DNA from: an uncultured Ruminococcus sp.
Lineage (GTDB): Bacteria; Bacillota; Clostridia; Oscillospirales; CAG-272
Assembly (NCBI GenBank): GCA_964457685.1
Contig: CAYWFS010000001.1
Span: forward strand, 12,878 to 76,877
Direction: 5' to 3'
DNA: 64,000 nt
The notes under the pieces are model-generated. The model made no database searches. It was not told the DNA's origin and saw only the letters and a program-made list of their open reading frames with translations. How positions within the stretch are numbered: the first letter of the stretch is position 1; the number at the start of each line of letters is the position of its first letter. The translations under genes were made by a program, and so were the position numbers. This document shows positions 1 through 8,212 of this stretch, one piece after another.

Positions 1-1
1 G

Positions 2-949
2 ACAGCTATGCACATCGCTGCGGTTTGCTCTCTCGAAGACAAGCTCATCCCCGCTGTAAACAAGCTCATTACAACCTTCCGTAAGCTTGAGCATGACCAC
101 GAAGGTATCACAAAGAGCGGTAGAACACACCTCCAGGACGCTACACCTATTAAGTTCTCTCAGGAAATTTCCGGCTGGCGTTCCTCTCTCGAAAAGGACG
201 TTGAGCTTATCGAAAGAGCTCTTCCCGCACTCAAGACCCTCGCACTCGGCGGTACAGCAGTAGGTACAGGTCTTAATGCTCCCAAGGGATTTGACGTAAA
301 GGTTGCCGAAGCTGTTTCCGCTATCACAGGCAAGAGCTTTGAAACAGCCGAAAACAAGTTCCACGCTCTTACAAGTAAGGATGAAATCGTATTCGCTCAC
401 GGTGCCGTTAAGGCTCTCGCTTGCGATATGATGAAGATTGCAAATGACGTTAGATGGCTCGCTTCCGGCCCCAGACTCGGTCTCGGCGAAATCACTATTC
501 CCGAAAACGAACCCGGTTCCTCCATCATGCCCGGTAAGGTTAACCCCACTCAGTGCGAAGCTGTAACAATGGTTGCCGTTCAGGTAATGGGTAACGACGT
601 AGCTGTTTCCATGGCTGCTTCTCAGGGTAACTTCGAGCTTAACGTATTTATGCCCGTTTGTATCTATAACTTCCTCCAGTCCGTTCGTCTTCTTGCAGAA
701 GCTATCGTTTCCTTTAACGACAACTGTGCTGTAGGTATCCGTGCAAAGGAAGACAAGATGCATGACAACCTTCACAACTCCCTCATGCTCGTAACAGCTC
801 TTAACCCCTACATCGGTTATGAAAATGCCGCTAAGACCGCGAAGAAGGCATTCAAGGAGAATATCTCCCTTAAGGAAGCCTGCGTAGCTCTCGGATTCCT
901 CACAGCTGAACGCTTCGATGAAGTATTCAAGCCCGAGGAAATGGCATAA
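2..949 (+). CDS. fumC: Class II fumarate hydratase (fumarase C), C-terminal ~315 aa; the 5' end lies upstream of the window
   Basis: The frame is open from the window edge to the stop at 947-949. It carries the fumarate-lyase signature GSSIMPGKVNPTQCEA and RTHLQDATP, which fit FumC better than aspartase. Confidence 0.85.
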   Translation, partial: TAMHIAAVCSLEDKLIPAVNKLITTFRKLEHDHEGITKSGRTHLQDATPIKFSQEISGWRSSLEKDVELIERALPALKTLALGGTAVGTGLNAPKGFDVKVAEAVSAITGKSFETAENKFHALTSKDEIVFAHGAVKALACDMMKIANDVRWLASGPRLGLGEITIPENEPGSSIMPGKVNPTQCEAVTMVAVQVMGNDVAVSMAASQGNFELNVFMPVCIYNFLQSVRLLAEAIVSFNDNCAVGIRAKEDKMHDNLHNSLMLVTALNPYIGYENAAKTAKKAFKENISLKEACVALGFLTAERFDEVFKPEEMA

Positions 950-1003
950 TTCAGGCATAATTGTCGCATAAACAACGCAATTAAATAATTTGGAGTAAAA
1001 AAT

Positions 1004-1786
1004 ATGAAAATTTCGTATTATCCGGGATGCACGCTGAAAAATAAGGCTGCCATCCTTGACAGATATGCGAGAGAGTCGGCGGCAGTCCTCGGATATGAGT
1101 TCGAGGAAATCGAAAACTGGCAGTGCTGTGGCGGTGCATATACCTCCGCAAAGGATGAGCTTGCAACAAAGCTTCCCTCTGTCAGAGCTCTTGCAAACGG
1201 ATATAAAAGCACGGGTCGTGTCGTAACGGTATGCTCCGCCTGCTATAATGTCCTTGCACAGACAAATAACGAGTTCGCCGTCAATCCCGACTTTGACAGA
1301 AGAGTGAATAACTACCTCTCTCCCGATTTTGAATATCACGGAGAAGGTAAGGTAATTCACTTCCTTGAGCTTCTCAGAGACGAAATCGGCTTTGAAGAGC
1401 TTAAAAAGAAAGTCGTAAAGCCGCTTACAGGAAAGAAGATTGCCGCATATTACGGTTGTCTCCTCCTCCGTCCCTCATCCGTGCTGAAGTTTGATGACCC
1501 CGAAAACCCCGAGATAATGGAAAATCTTATCCGTGCTCTCGGTGCCGAACCCGTCATCTATCCCATGCGTAACGAATGCTGCGGCGGCTACATAACTCTC
1601 GAGGATACTGCTCAGGCAGCAAAGAGAAGCGGTGCTGTGGCTTCAAGTGCAAAGGATATGGGTGCGGACTTTATGATAACCGCCTGCCCGCTTTGCCAGT
1701 ACAACATCAAAAAGCACTCCGGCACAGGTCTGGAGATCAAATATTTCACCGAAGTTCTCGCAGAAGCACTCGGTATTGTAGATTAA
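1004..1786 (+). CDS. Heterodisulfide reductase subunit B-like protein (two CCG cysteine-rich domains; HdrB / TfrB C-terminal / SdhE-like)
   Basis: 260 aa with two copies of the C...CCGG...CxxC pattern (WQCCGG..CSAC and NECCGG..CPLC). GGAG lies upstream of the ATG. Confidence 0.8.
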   Translation: MKISYYPGCTLKNKAAILDRYARESAAVLGYEFEEIENWQCCGGAYTSAKDELATKLPSVRALANGYKSTGRVVTVCSACYNVLAQTNNEFAVNPDFDRRVNNYLSPDFEYHGEGKVIHFLELLRDEIGFEELKKKVVKPLTGKKIAAYYGCLLLRPSSVLKFDDPENPEIMENLIRALGAEPVIYPMRNECCGGYITLEDTAQAAKRSGAVASSAKDMGADFMITACPLCQYNIKKHSGTGLEIKYFTEVLAEALGIVD

Positions 1787-1805
1787 TCAAGTGGGAGGAC
1801 TTAAT

Positions 1806-2189
1806 ATGAACGCAGATTTAAAGGAACAGGTTCTCCGTATCAGCGGCTCGGAAGTCGGCAAGTGTATGCGTTGCGGCAAATGCTCCGCTACCTGCCCGTC
1901 ATACGATGAGATGGAATACCATCCGCATCATTTTGTATACCTTGTCGAACGCGGAGACATCGAAAGGCTCATGGAGTCGGAATCTATTTATAAGTGTCTG
2001 ACTTGTTTTGCCTGCGTAGAAAGATGTCCGCGTGGCGTTGAACCTGCCAAGGTAGTTGAAGCCATAAGAGTAGAAGCGGTTCGTCGTCAGGGAAAGAACC
2101 ATCTTAAAGCAGATGATATTCCCGCAAAGCTCGACGATGATATGCCGGGACAGGCTCTTATGACCGCTATGAGAAAATATTCCAAGTAA
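1806..2189 (+). CDS. HdrC-like 2x[4Fe-4S] ferredoxin-type subunit
   Basis: Contains the motifs CMRCGKCSATCP and CLTCFACVERCP. The ATG at 1806 is preceded by GGGAGG; the ORF-track start at 1791 is a GTG inside that Shine-Dalgarno sequence and is less likely. Confidence 0.75.
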   Translation: MNADLKEQVLRISGSEVGKCMRCGKCSATCPSYDEMEYHPHHFVYLVERGDIERLMESESIYKCLTCFACVERCPRGVEPAKVVEAIRVEAVRRQGKNHLKADDIPAKLDDDMPGQALMTAMRKYSK

Positions 2190-2224
2190 TACGGTAAACC
2201 TTTTTAAGAAAGGCAAGAAGAATA

Positions 2225-4216
2225 ATGCAAAGAATAGGTGTATTTGTATGTCACTGCGGTACTAATATCGCAGGTACAGTTGACACAAAAGCCGTAGCGG
2301 AAGCTCTCGGACGTGAACAGTGCGTCGTATTCTCTACGGACTATACATATATGTGTTCCGAAGCAGGTCAGAACCTCATTAAGGACACAATAAAGAATGA
2401 AAAGCTTACAGGAATCGTAGTATGCTCCTGCTCTCCGAGAATGCATGAGGCTACATTCCGTAAAACAGCCGCTGCCGCAGGTCTCAACCCCTACATGGTA
2501 GAGATCGCAAACATTCGTGAGCAGTGCTCCTGGATTCACAAGAACATGGCGGAAGCTACCGAAAAGGCTATAATCCTCGGTCGTGCCGCTATCGCAAAGG
2601 TACTTCTCAATACTCCTCTTACAGCAGGTGAAAGCCCCGTTGTAAAGAGAGCTCTCGTTATCGGCGGTGGTATTGCCGGTATCCAGACAGCTCTCGATAT
2701 CGCAGAAGCAGGCTTTGAAGTAGATATAGTTGAAAAGAAGCCCACTATCGGCGGTAAGATGACCCAGATAGACAAAACCTTCCCGACTCTTGACTGTGCA
2801 GCTTGTATCCTCACTCCTAAGATGGTTGACTGTGCTCAGAACGAGAAGATTAAAATCTACTCCTACAGTGAAGTTGAGTCCGTATCCGGATTCGTTGGTA
2901 ACTTCTCTGTAAAAATCAAGAGAAAAGCAAGATTTGTTGACGAAACAAAGTGTACAGGCTGCGGTCTTTGTACAGAAAAATGCCCGATGAAGAACGTACC
3001 GAACGAATTCAACCTCGGTATGGATAACCGTCGTGCAATCTATATTCCTTTCGCTCAGGCTGTTCCGAAGGTTGCTACAATCGACCCCGATCATTGTAAT
3101 ATGCTCAAGAACGGCAAGTGCGGTGTTTGCTCCAAGGTATGCTCTGCCGGTGCTATCGACTATAAGCAGACAGATACATACGTTGAAGAAAAGTACGGTG
3201 CTATCGTAGTTGCTACCGGCTTCAACCCCATTGACGTTTCCAAGTACGGCGAATATGCTTACAACGAATCCAAGGACGTTGTTACATCCCTTGAACTCGA
3301 AAGACTTATGAACGCCGCAGGTCCTACATCCGGTACTCTCCTCAGACCCTCCGACGGTAAGCATCCTCACACAATAGTATTCGTACAGTGCGTAGGCTCC
3401 AGATGCACACCTGAAAGAGGTAAGCAGTACTGCTCCAAGATTTGCTGTATGTATACCGCAAAGCATGCTATGCTTATCCGTGAAAAGTACCCCGATACAG
3501 AGGTTTATGTATTCTATATAGACGTTCGTACTCCCGGTAAGAGCTTCGATGAATTCTACCGCAGAGCAGTTGAAGATTTCGGCGTTCACTATATCAAGGG
3601 TGCTGTAGGTAAGGTATCTCCTCTGGCTGACGGTACTCTCGATGTTCAGGCTTCCGACCTCATTATGAACGAACAGCTTCACGTTAAGGCGGATATGGTA
3701 GTTCTCGCAGCTGCTATCGAACCCGATAAGTCCGCACGTCCTCTCGCAACAAAGCTCACAGCTTCCATGGATACAAACGACTTCTTCACCGAAGCACATC
3801 CGAAGCTCAGACCTGTTGAATCTCCCACAGCCGGTGTATTCCTCTCCGGTGTATGCCAGGGACCGAAGGATATTCCCGAAACAGTAGCTCAGGCAAGTGC
3901 TTGTGCCGCTAAGGTTATCGGACTCCTCGTTAAGGATAAGCTCACCTGCAACCCGTGCGTAGCTCATTCCAATGAGAATATGTGTAACGGATGCTCGCAG
4001 TGTGCTAATGTTTGCCCGTACGGTGCAATTACCTATGTTGAAAAGGAATTCAGAATGCCCGACAGAACGACCAAGATCAGACGTGTTGCAAGCGTTAACC
4101 CCGCAGTATGCCAGGGTTGTGGTGCTTGTACCGTTACTTGCCCGTCCGGAGCTATGGACCTCTTCGGATTCTCTAACAACCAGATCATGGCGGAGGTAGA
4201 CGCAATATGCAAATGA
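2225..4216 (+). CDS. HdrA-like FAD-dependent iron-sulfur flavoprotein (the bifurcating-type subunit of heterodisulfide reductases)
   Basis: 663 aa. N-terminal Cys cluster (CHCGTN), dinucleotide fold VIGGGIAGIQTALDIAEAG, and four ferredoxin motifs (CTGCGLCTEKCP, CGVCSKVCSAGA, CNGCSQCANVCPYGA, CQGCGACTVTCPSGA). Confidence 0.85.
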   Translation: MQRIGVFVCHCGTNIAGTVDTKAVAEALGREQCVVFSTDYTYMCSEAGQNLIKDTIKNEKLTGIVVCSCSPRMHEATFRKTAAAAGLNPYMVEIANIREQCSWIHKNMAEATEKAIILGRAAIAKVLLNTPLTAGESPVVKRALVIGGGIAGIQTALDIAEAGFEVDIVEKKPTIGGKMTQIDKTFPTLDCAACILTPKMVDCAQNEKIKIYSYSEVESVSGFVGNFSVKIKRKARFVDETKCTGCGLCTEKCPMKNVPNEFNLGMDNRRAIYIPFAQAVPKVATIDPDHCNMLKNGKCGVCSKVCSAGAIDYKQTDTYVEEKYGAIVVATGFNPIDVSKYGEYAYNESKDVVTSLELERLMNAAGPTSGTLLRPSDGKHPHTIVFVQCVGSRCTPERGKQYCSKICCMYTAKHAMLIREKYPDTEVYVFYIDVRTPGKSFDEFYRRAVEDFGVHYIKGAVGKVSPLADGTLDVQASDLIMNEQLHVKADMVVLAAAIEPDKSARPLATKLTASMDTNDFFTEAHPKLRPVESPTAGVFLSGVCQGPKDIPETVAQASACAAKVIGLLVKDKLTCNPCVAHSNENMCNGCSQCANVCPYGAITYVEKEFRMPDRTTKIRRVASVNPAVCQGCGACTVTCPSGAMDLFGFSNNQIMAEVDAICK

Positions 4217-4650
4217 ATGAAAACGAAAAATTCGTCCCGACCATAGTAGCATTCTGCTGCAACTGGTGTTCATATGCGGGAGCTGACCTTTCCGGTACAA
4301 ACCGTCTTCAGTATCCTGCAAACGTAAAGATTATCAGAGTTCCCTGCTCATGCCGTGTAAACCCCATGTTCATTCTCCGTGCATTCCAGAGAGGTGCCGA
4401 CGGTGTTATTCTCTGCGGATGCCATCCGGGAGACTGCCACTATACATCGGGTAACTTCTACGCACGTCGCCGTATGACTCTCCTGTTCAGTATGCTCGAC
4501 TTCCTCGGAATCGAAAGAAACAGAACCAGAGTTGAATGGGTATCGGCAGCTGAAGGTGCAAAATTCGCCGCAACAATGAACAGCTTTGCGGAAGAAATCA
4601 CAAAACTCGGACCTAACCGCAGACTGGAGGACCTGAGATGCAAGAAATAA
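4207..4650 (+). CDS. MvhD/FlxD-like protein (methyl-viologen-reducing hydrogenase delta-subunit family)
   Basis: 147 aa with FCCNWCSYAGADLSG, CSCRV and CGCHPGDCHY, all typical of MvhD. It overlaps the hdrA-like stop by 10 nt. Confidence 0.8.
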   Translation: MQMNENEKFVPTIVAFCCNWCSYAGADLSGTNRLQYPANVKIIRVPCSCRVNPMFILRAFQRGADGVILCGCHPGDCHYTSGNFYARRRMTLLFSMLDFLGIERNRTRVEWVSAAEGAKFAATMNSFAEEITKLGPNRRLEDLRCKK

Positions 4651-5627
4651 TCATAAAAGAAACAATGGTAAACAGAGCAAAGGAGCTTCTCGCCGACGGT
4701 ACAGTAGCAAGAGTTATCGGCTGGAAAGCTGGCGAATTTGCTTATGACTCCACTCCCGCCGTATTCACAACTGCGGAAGAATTAGATAACGAATTTGTTT
4801 ACGACAGCTTCTGTGCGGCTAACGTATCGAAGTATCTCGTAAAGGAAGCCGCTAAAGAGGGAAAGGTACTCGTATTCCTCAAGCCCTGCGATACATTCTC
4901 TCTCAACCAGCTTACAGCAGAACACAGAGTTAACCGTGAAAACGTATACGTTATCGGTATTCCCTGCGAAGGCAAAGCTGATGTTGAAAAGATAAAGGCA
5001 AAGGGTATCGAGGGTATCACAGGTATCGAAGAAGACGGCGACAATTACATCGTTAAGACCGTTTACGGCGACTCCACCGTTGCAAAGTCCGATGCTATCG
5101 CTGACCGTTGCGTAACCTGCAAGAGTAAGCGTCACGTTGTTTACGATGAGCTTATCGGCGAAGACGGCGAAGATAACCCGAACTCTGGCAGATTCGACCT
5201 CGTTGAAAAGCTTGAAGCTATGACTTCCGAGGAACGCTTTGAGTTCTGGAGAGGCGAGCTTTCAAGATGTATTCGTTGTAATGCCTGCCGTAATGTATGT
5301 CCTGCTTGTACCTGCGAAACCTGCGTATTCGACAACCCGAACTCCGGTGTTGCTCAGAAAGCTGCCGCAGACTCCTTTGAGGAAAAGAACTTCCACATAA
5401 TCCGTGCGTTCCACGTTGCGGGAAGATGTACAGACTGCGGTGAATGCTCCAGAGTTTGCCCCGAGCATATTCCGCTTCACCTCCTCAACCGTAAGTTCAT
5501 CAAGGATATTGACGAGCTTTACGGAGACTACACAGCAGGTAACGATACAGAATCCCGTCATCCTCTTACATCATATACATTCGATGACGTAGAACCCTCA
5601 GTTGTACATGAAAGAGGTGTTGAATAA
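4638..5627 (+). CDS. Iron-sulfur protein, FlxC-like (FrhB-like N-terminus plus 2x[4Fe-4S])
   Basis: 329 aa with motifs CIRCNACRNVCPACTC and CTDCGECSRVCP. GGAGG lies upstream, and it overlaps the preceding gene by 13 nt. Confidence 0.6.
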   Translation: MQEIIIKETMVNRAKELLADGTVARVIGWKAGEFAYDSTPAVFTTAEELDNEFVYDSFCAANVSKYLVKEAAKEGKVLVFLKPCDTFSLNQLTAEHRVNRENVYVIGIPCEGKADVEKIKAKGIEGITGIEEDGDNYIVKTVYGDSTVAKSDAIADRCVTCKSKRHVVYDELIGEDGEDNPNSGRFDLVEKLEAMTSEERFEFWRGELSRCIRCNACRNVCPACTCETCVFDNPNSGVAQKAAADSFEEKNFHIIRAFHVAGRCTDCGECSRVCPEHIPLHLLNRKFIKDIDELYGDYTAGNDTESRHPLTSYTFDDVEPSVVHERGVE

Positions 5628-6655
5628 TGAAGTATTTAGCTAAAGCAGACCTTAACCTCTTCCTTTCCGCCGCTTCCAAGGTGATGAAGGTTTACGCTCC
5701 CGTAGACAACAGTGCAGGTAAGGCTGATTATAAGCTTTGGAGCGAGGGTACTGTTGTATCAAACGCTCTCCATACAACAAGAAGTGCAAAGGATTTCTTC
5801 TTCCCCCAGACAGAAAGCCTTGTTGAATTTAAAATAGATCACAAGAAGATCGATATTATCGACCCCAGAGTTGAAAGAGAAGATTTCGTTATCTTCGGTG
5901 TTCGTGCTTGTGATGTTCGCTCCTTTGATATACTTGACAGAGTATTCCTCTATGCAGATCCAGTAGATACATACTACAAAAATCGCCGTGAGCATTCTCT
6001 TATCATCTCCATGTCCTGCGACCGTCCTCATGAAACCTGCTTCTGCTCCGCTTTCGGTATAGATGCTTCCGAACCCGCTGGAGATATCGTCTTCACAACA
6101 GCGGCTGACGGTTATTACGTTACCGCAAAGACAGAAAAGGGCGAAAAGTTCCTCTCCGATATCGGTTATACCTTTGAAGATAAGGATGAATCCGGTGCCG
6201 AAGAAGCTAAGGCTAAGACAAAGGATATTATGTCCCGTCTTCCCCTTGCAAAGCTTGACACATCTGCGTTCGGCGGCGGCAAGACAAAGGAACTCTTCGA
6301 CAGACCCGAATGGAATGCACTTTCCGAAACCTGTCTCGGTTGCGGTACCTGCACATTCGTATGCCCGACTTGTCAGTGCTACGACATCAGAGACTTTAAG
6401 ACCAATACAGGCGTTCAGCGTTTCAGATGCTGGGACAGCTGTATGTATTCCGACTTTACAAAGATGGCAGGCGGTAACCCGAGACTTACTCAGAAGGAAC
6501 GCTTCCGTCAGAGATTCATGCATAAACTCGTATATTATCCCGAAAACAATGACGGTATCTTCGGTTGCGTAGGTTGCGGCAGATGCCTTGCTTCCTGTCC
6601 TATCCACATGAATATCGTTAAAGTAATGAAAAAACTCACGGAGGAATCAAAATAA
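5627..6655 (+). CDS. Iron-sulfur protein, FlxB / AsrA / sulfhydrogenase-beta-like
   Basis: 342 aa with motifs CLGCGTCTFVCPTCQCYD and CVGCGRCLASCP. The TAATG junction overlaps the stop of the preceding gene. Confidence 0.65.
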   Translation: MKYLAKADLNLFLSAASKVMKVYAPVDNSAGKADYKLWSEGTVVSNALHTTRSAKDFFFPQTESLVEFKIDHKKIDIIDPRVEREDFVIFGVRACDVRSFDILDRVFLYADPVDTYYKNRREHSLIISMSCDRPHETCFCSAFGIDASEPAGDIVFTTAADGYYVTAKTEKGEKFLSDIGYTFEDKDESGAEEAKAKTKDIMSRLPLAKLDTSAFGGGKTKELFDRPEWNALSETCLGCGTCTFVCPTCQCYDIRDFKTNTGVQRFRCWDSCMYSDFTKMAGGNPRLTQKERFRQRFMHKLVYYPENNDGIFGCVGCGRCLASCPIHMNIVKVMKKLTEESK

Positions 6656-7479
6656 TGAATGAAGCTTTAATTCCTCATATTGGCGAAGTTGTCGATATAA
6701 GAATTGATACTCCCGACGTAAAAACATTCCGTGTGCTTACCCCCGACGGAAAGAAGCCCTTTGAGCATATGCCCGGTCAGTGTGCTATGCTTTCTATCCC
6801 CGGTGTTGGCGAAGCTCTCTTCTCTATCACATCTTCTCCCACAAACCGTGAATATATGGAATTTTCCATTAAAAAGTGCGGTTGCCTTACAGAATGGCTC
6901 CATATGATGGATGTCGGACAGCAGATTACTATCCGTGGTCCTTACGGTAAGGCGTTCCCCGTTGAGACAGAACTCAAGGGAAAGGATCTCCTCTTTATCG
7001 CCGGCGGTATCGGTCTTGCTCCTCTCCGTTCCGTTATCAACTATGTAAGAGATAACAGAGAAAACTACGGTAAAGTTCAGATCGTTTACGGTGCAAGATC
7101 CAAGGACGACCTCGTTGACTACAAGGAAATTATAGACGAATGGATGGCTGATGACGGTATCGAAGTTAACCTCACAATCGACCGTGAACAGGAAGGCTGG
7201 GACGGTCATGTCGGATTCATCCCGAACTATGTTAAGGAGCTTGCTCCCGACCTCAAGAAGACTGTTCTCATGTGCGGACCTCCGATCATGATCAAGTTCA
7301 CACTCGCAGGACTTATCGAACTCGGCTTTGAAAAGACTCAGATCTATACTACAATGGAGCTGAAGATGAAGTGCGGTATCGGTAAGTGCGGCAGATGTAA
7401 TATCGGTTCTAAGTATGTCTGCAAGGACGGTCCCGTGTTCCGTTTCGACGAACTCGGAGAGCTTCCGGACGAGTATTGA
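6655..7479 (+). CDS. FAD/NAD(P)H-binding oxidoreductase with C-terminal [2Fe-2S] (FlxA / AsrB / sulfhydrogenase-gamma-like)
   Basis: 274 aa. Ferredoxin-reductase-type fold (LLFIAGGIGLAPLRS) and C-terminal CGIGKCGRCNIGSKYVCKDGP. The TAATG junction overlaps the preceding gene. Confidence 0.75.
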   Translation: MNEALIPHIGEVVDIRIDTPDVKTFRVLTPDGKKPFEHMPGQCAMLSIPGVGEALFSITSSPTNREYMEFSIKKCGCLTEWLHMMDVGQQITIRGPYGKAFPVETELKGKDLLFIAGGIGLAPLRSVINYVRDNRENYGKVQIVYGARSKDDLVDYKEIIDEWMADDGIEVNLTIDREQEGWDGHVGFIPNYVKELAPDLKKTVLMCGPPIMIKFTLAGLIELGFEKTQIYTTMELKMKCGIGKCGRCNIGSKYVCKDGPVFRFDELGELPDEY

Positions 7480-7520
7480 TAAGCGTCCCATAATTTCATG
7501 AAATTTTTGGAGATATAATA

Positions 7521-8195
7521 ATGGAAAATATGGTTCATGTATTTCTTATGGGCAAGCAGTACGAAGTTCCCTCAAACCTCACTATCATGGGTGCGATGGA
7601 ATATGCCGGATATCAGCTTGTCCGCGGTTGTGGCTGCCGTAACGGATTCTGCGGAGCTTGTGCTACCGTTTACAGAATCAAGGGAGACCGCGAGCTTAAG
7701 GTGTGTCTCGCTTGCCAGACAAAAGTAGAAGATAATATGTATATCGCAACTCTGCCTTTCTTCCCCCTCGCAAAGCAGGTTTACGATATGGAAAAAATAA
7801 AGCCCACAGAGGCTATCATGATGCAGCTCTATCCCGAAATATACAGCTGTATCGGATGCAATGCCTGCACAAAGTCCTGCACACAGGGCCTTAATGTTAT
7901 GCAGTATATCGCGTATGCTCAGAGAGGTGACTTTGAAAAGTGTGCCGAGCTTTCCTTTGACTGCGTAATGTGCGGCGTTTGCTCCTCGAGATGCCCCGCA
8001 GGTATTTCTCATCCTCAGGTTGCAATGCTTGCAAGAAGACTTAACGGTAAGTATCTTGCTCCCGGTTGCGAACACCTTGAGAACAGAGTGAAGGAAATCA
8101 AGGACGGAACATTTGAAGAACTCCTTGAATCCCTCATGCAGAAGCCTATCGAGGAAATGAAGGAACTCTACAACAACAGAGAGATCGAAAAGTAA
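7521..8195 (+). CDS. Fumarate reductase / succinate dehydrogenase iron-sulfur subunit-like protein (FrdB/SdhB-like)
   Basis: 224 aa. N-terminal plant-type 2Fe-2S Cys pattern (RGCGCRNGFCGACA...CLAC) followed by CIGCNACTKSC and CVMCGVCSSRCP. Confidence 0.7.
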   Translation: MENMVHVFLMGKQYEVPSNLTIMGAMEYAGYQLVRGCGCRNGFCGACATVYRIKGDRELKVCLACQTKVEDNMYIATLPFFPLAKQVYDMEKIKPTEAIMMQLYPEIYSCIGCNACTKSCTQGLNVMQYIAYAQRGDFEKCAELSFDCVMCGVCSSRCPAGISHPQVAMLARRLNGKYLAPGCEHLENRVKEIKDGTFEELLESLMQKPIEEMKELYNNREIEK

Positions 8196-8212
8196 GGAAG
8201 GAGCAAGCCAAT

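Noticed and set aside
2204-4321. 705-aa ORF on the minus strand, the longest antisense ORF in the track.
   Set aside because: It lies exactly antisense to the HdrA-like gene, whose sense product has a clear FAD fold and four ferredoxin motifs. The antisense product is low-complexity (Cys/Ser/Thr/Gly-rich) with no recognisable motif and no Shine-Dalgarno sequence. It is an artefact of the stop-poor antisense frame.
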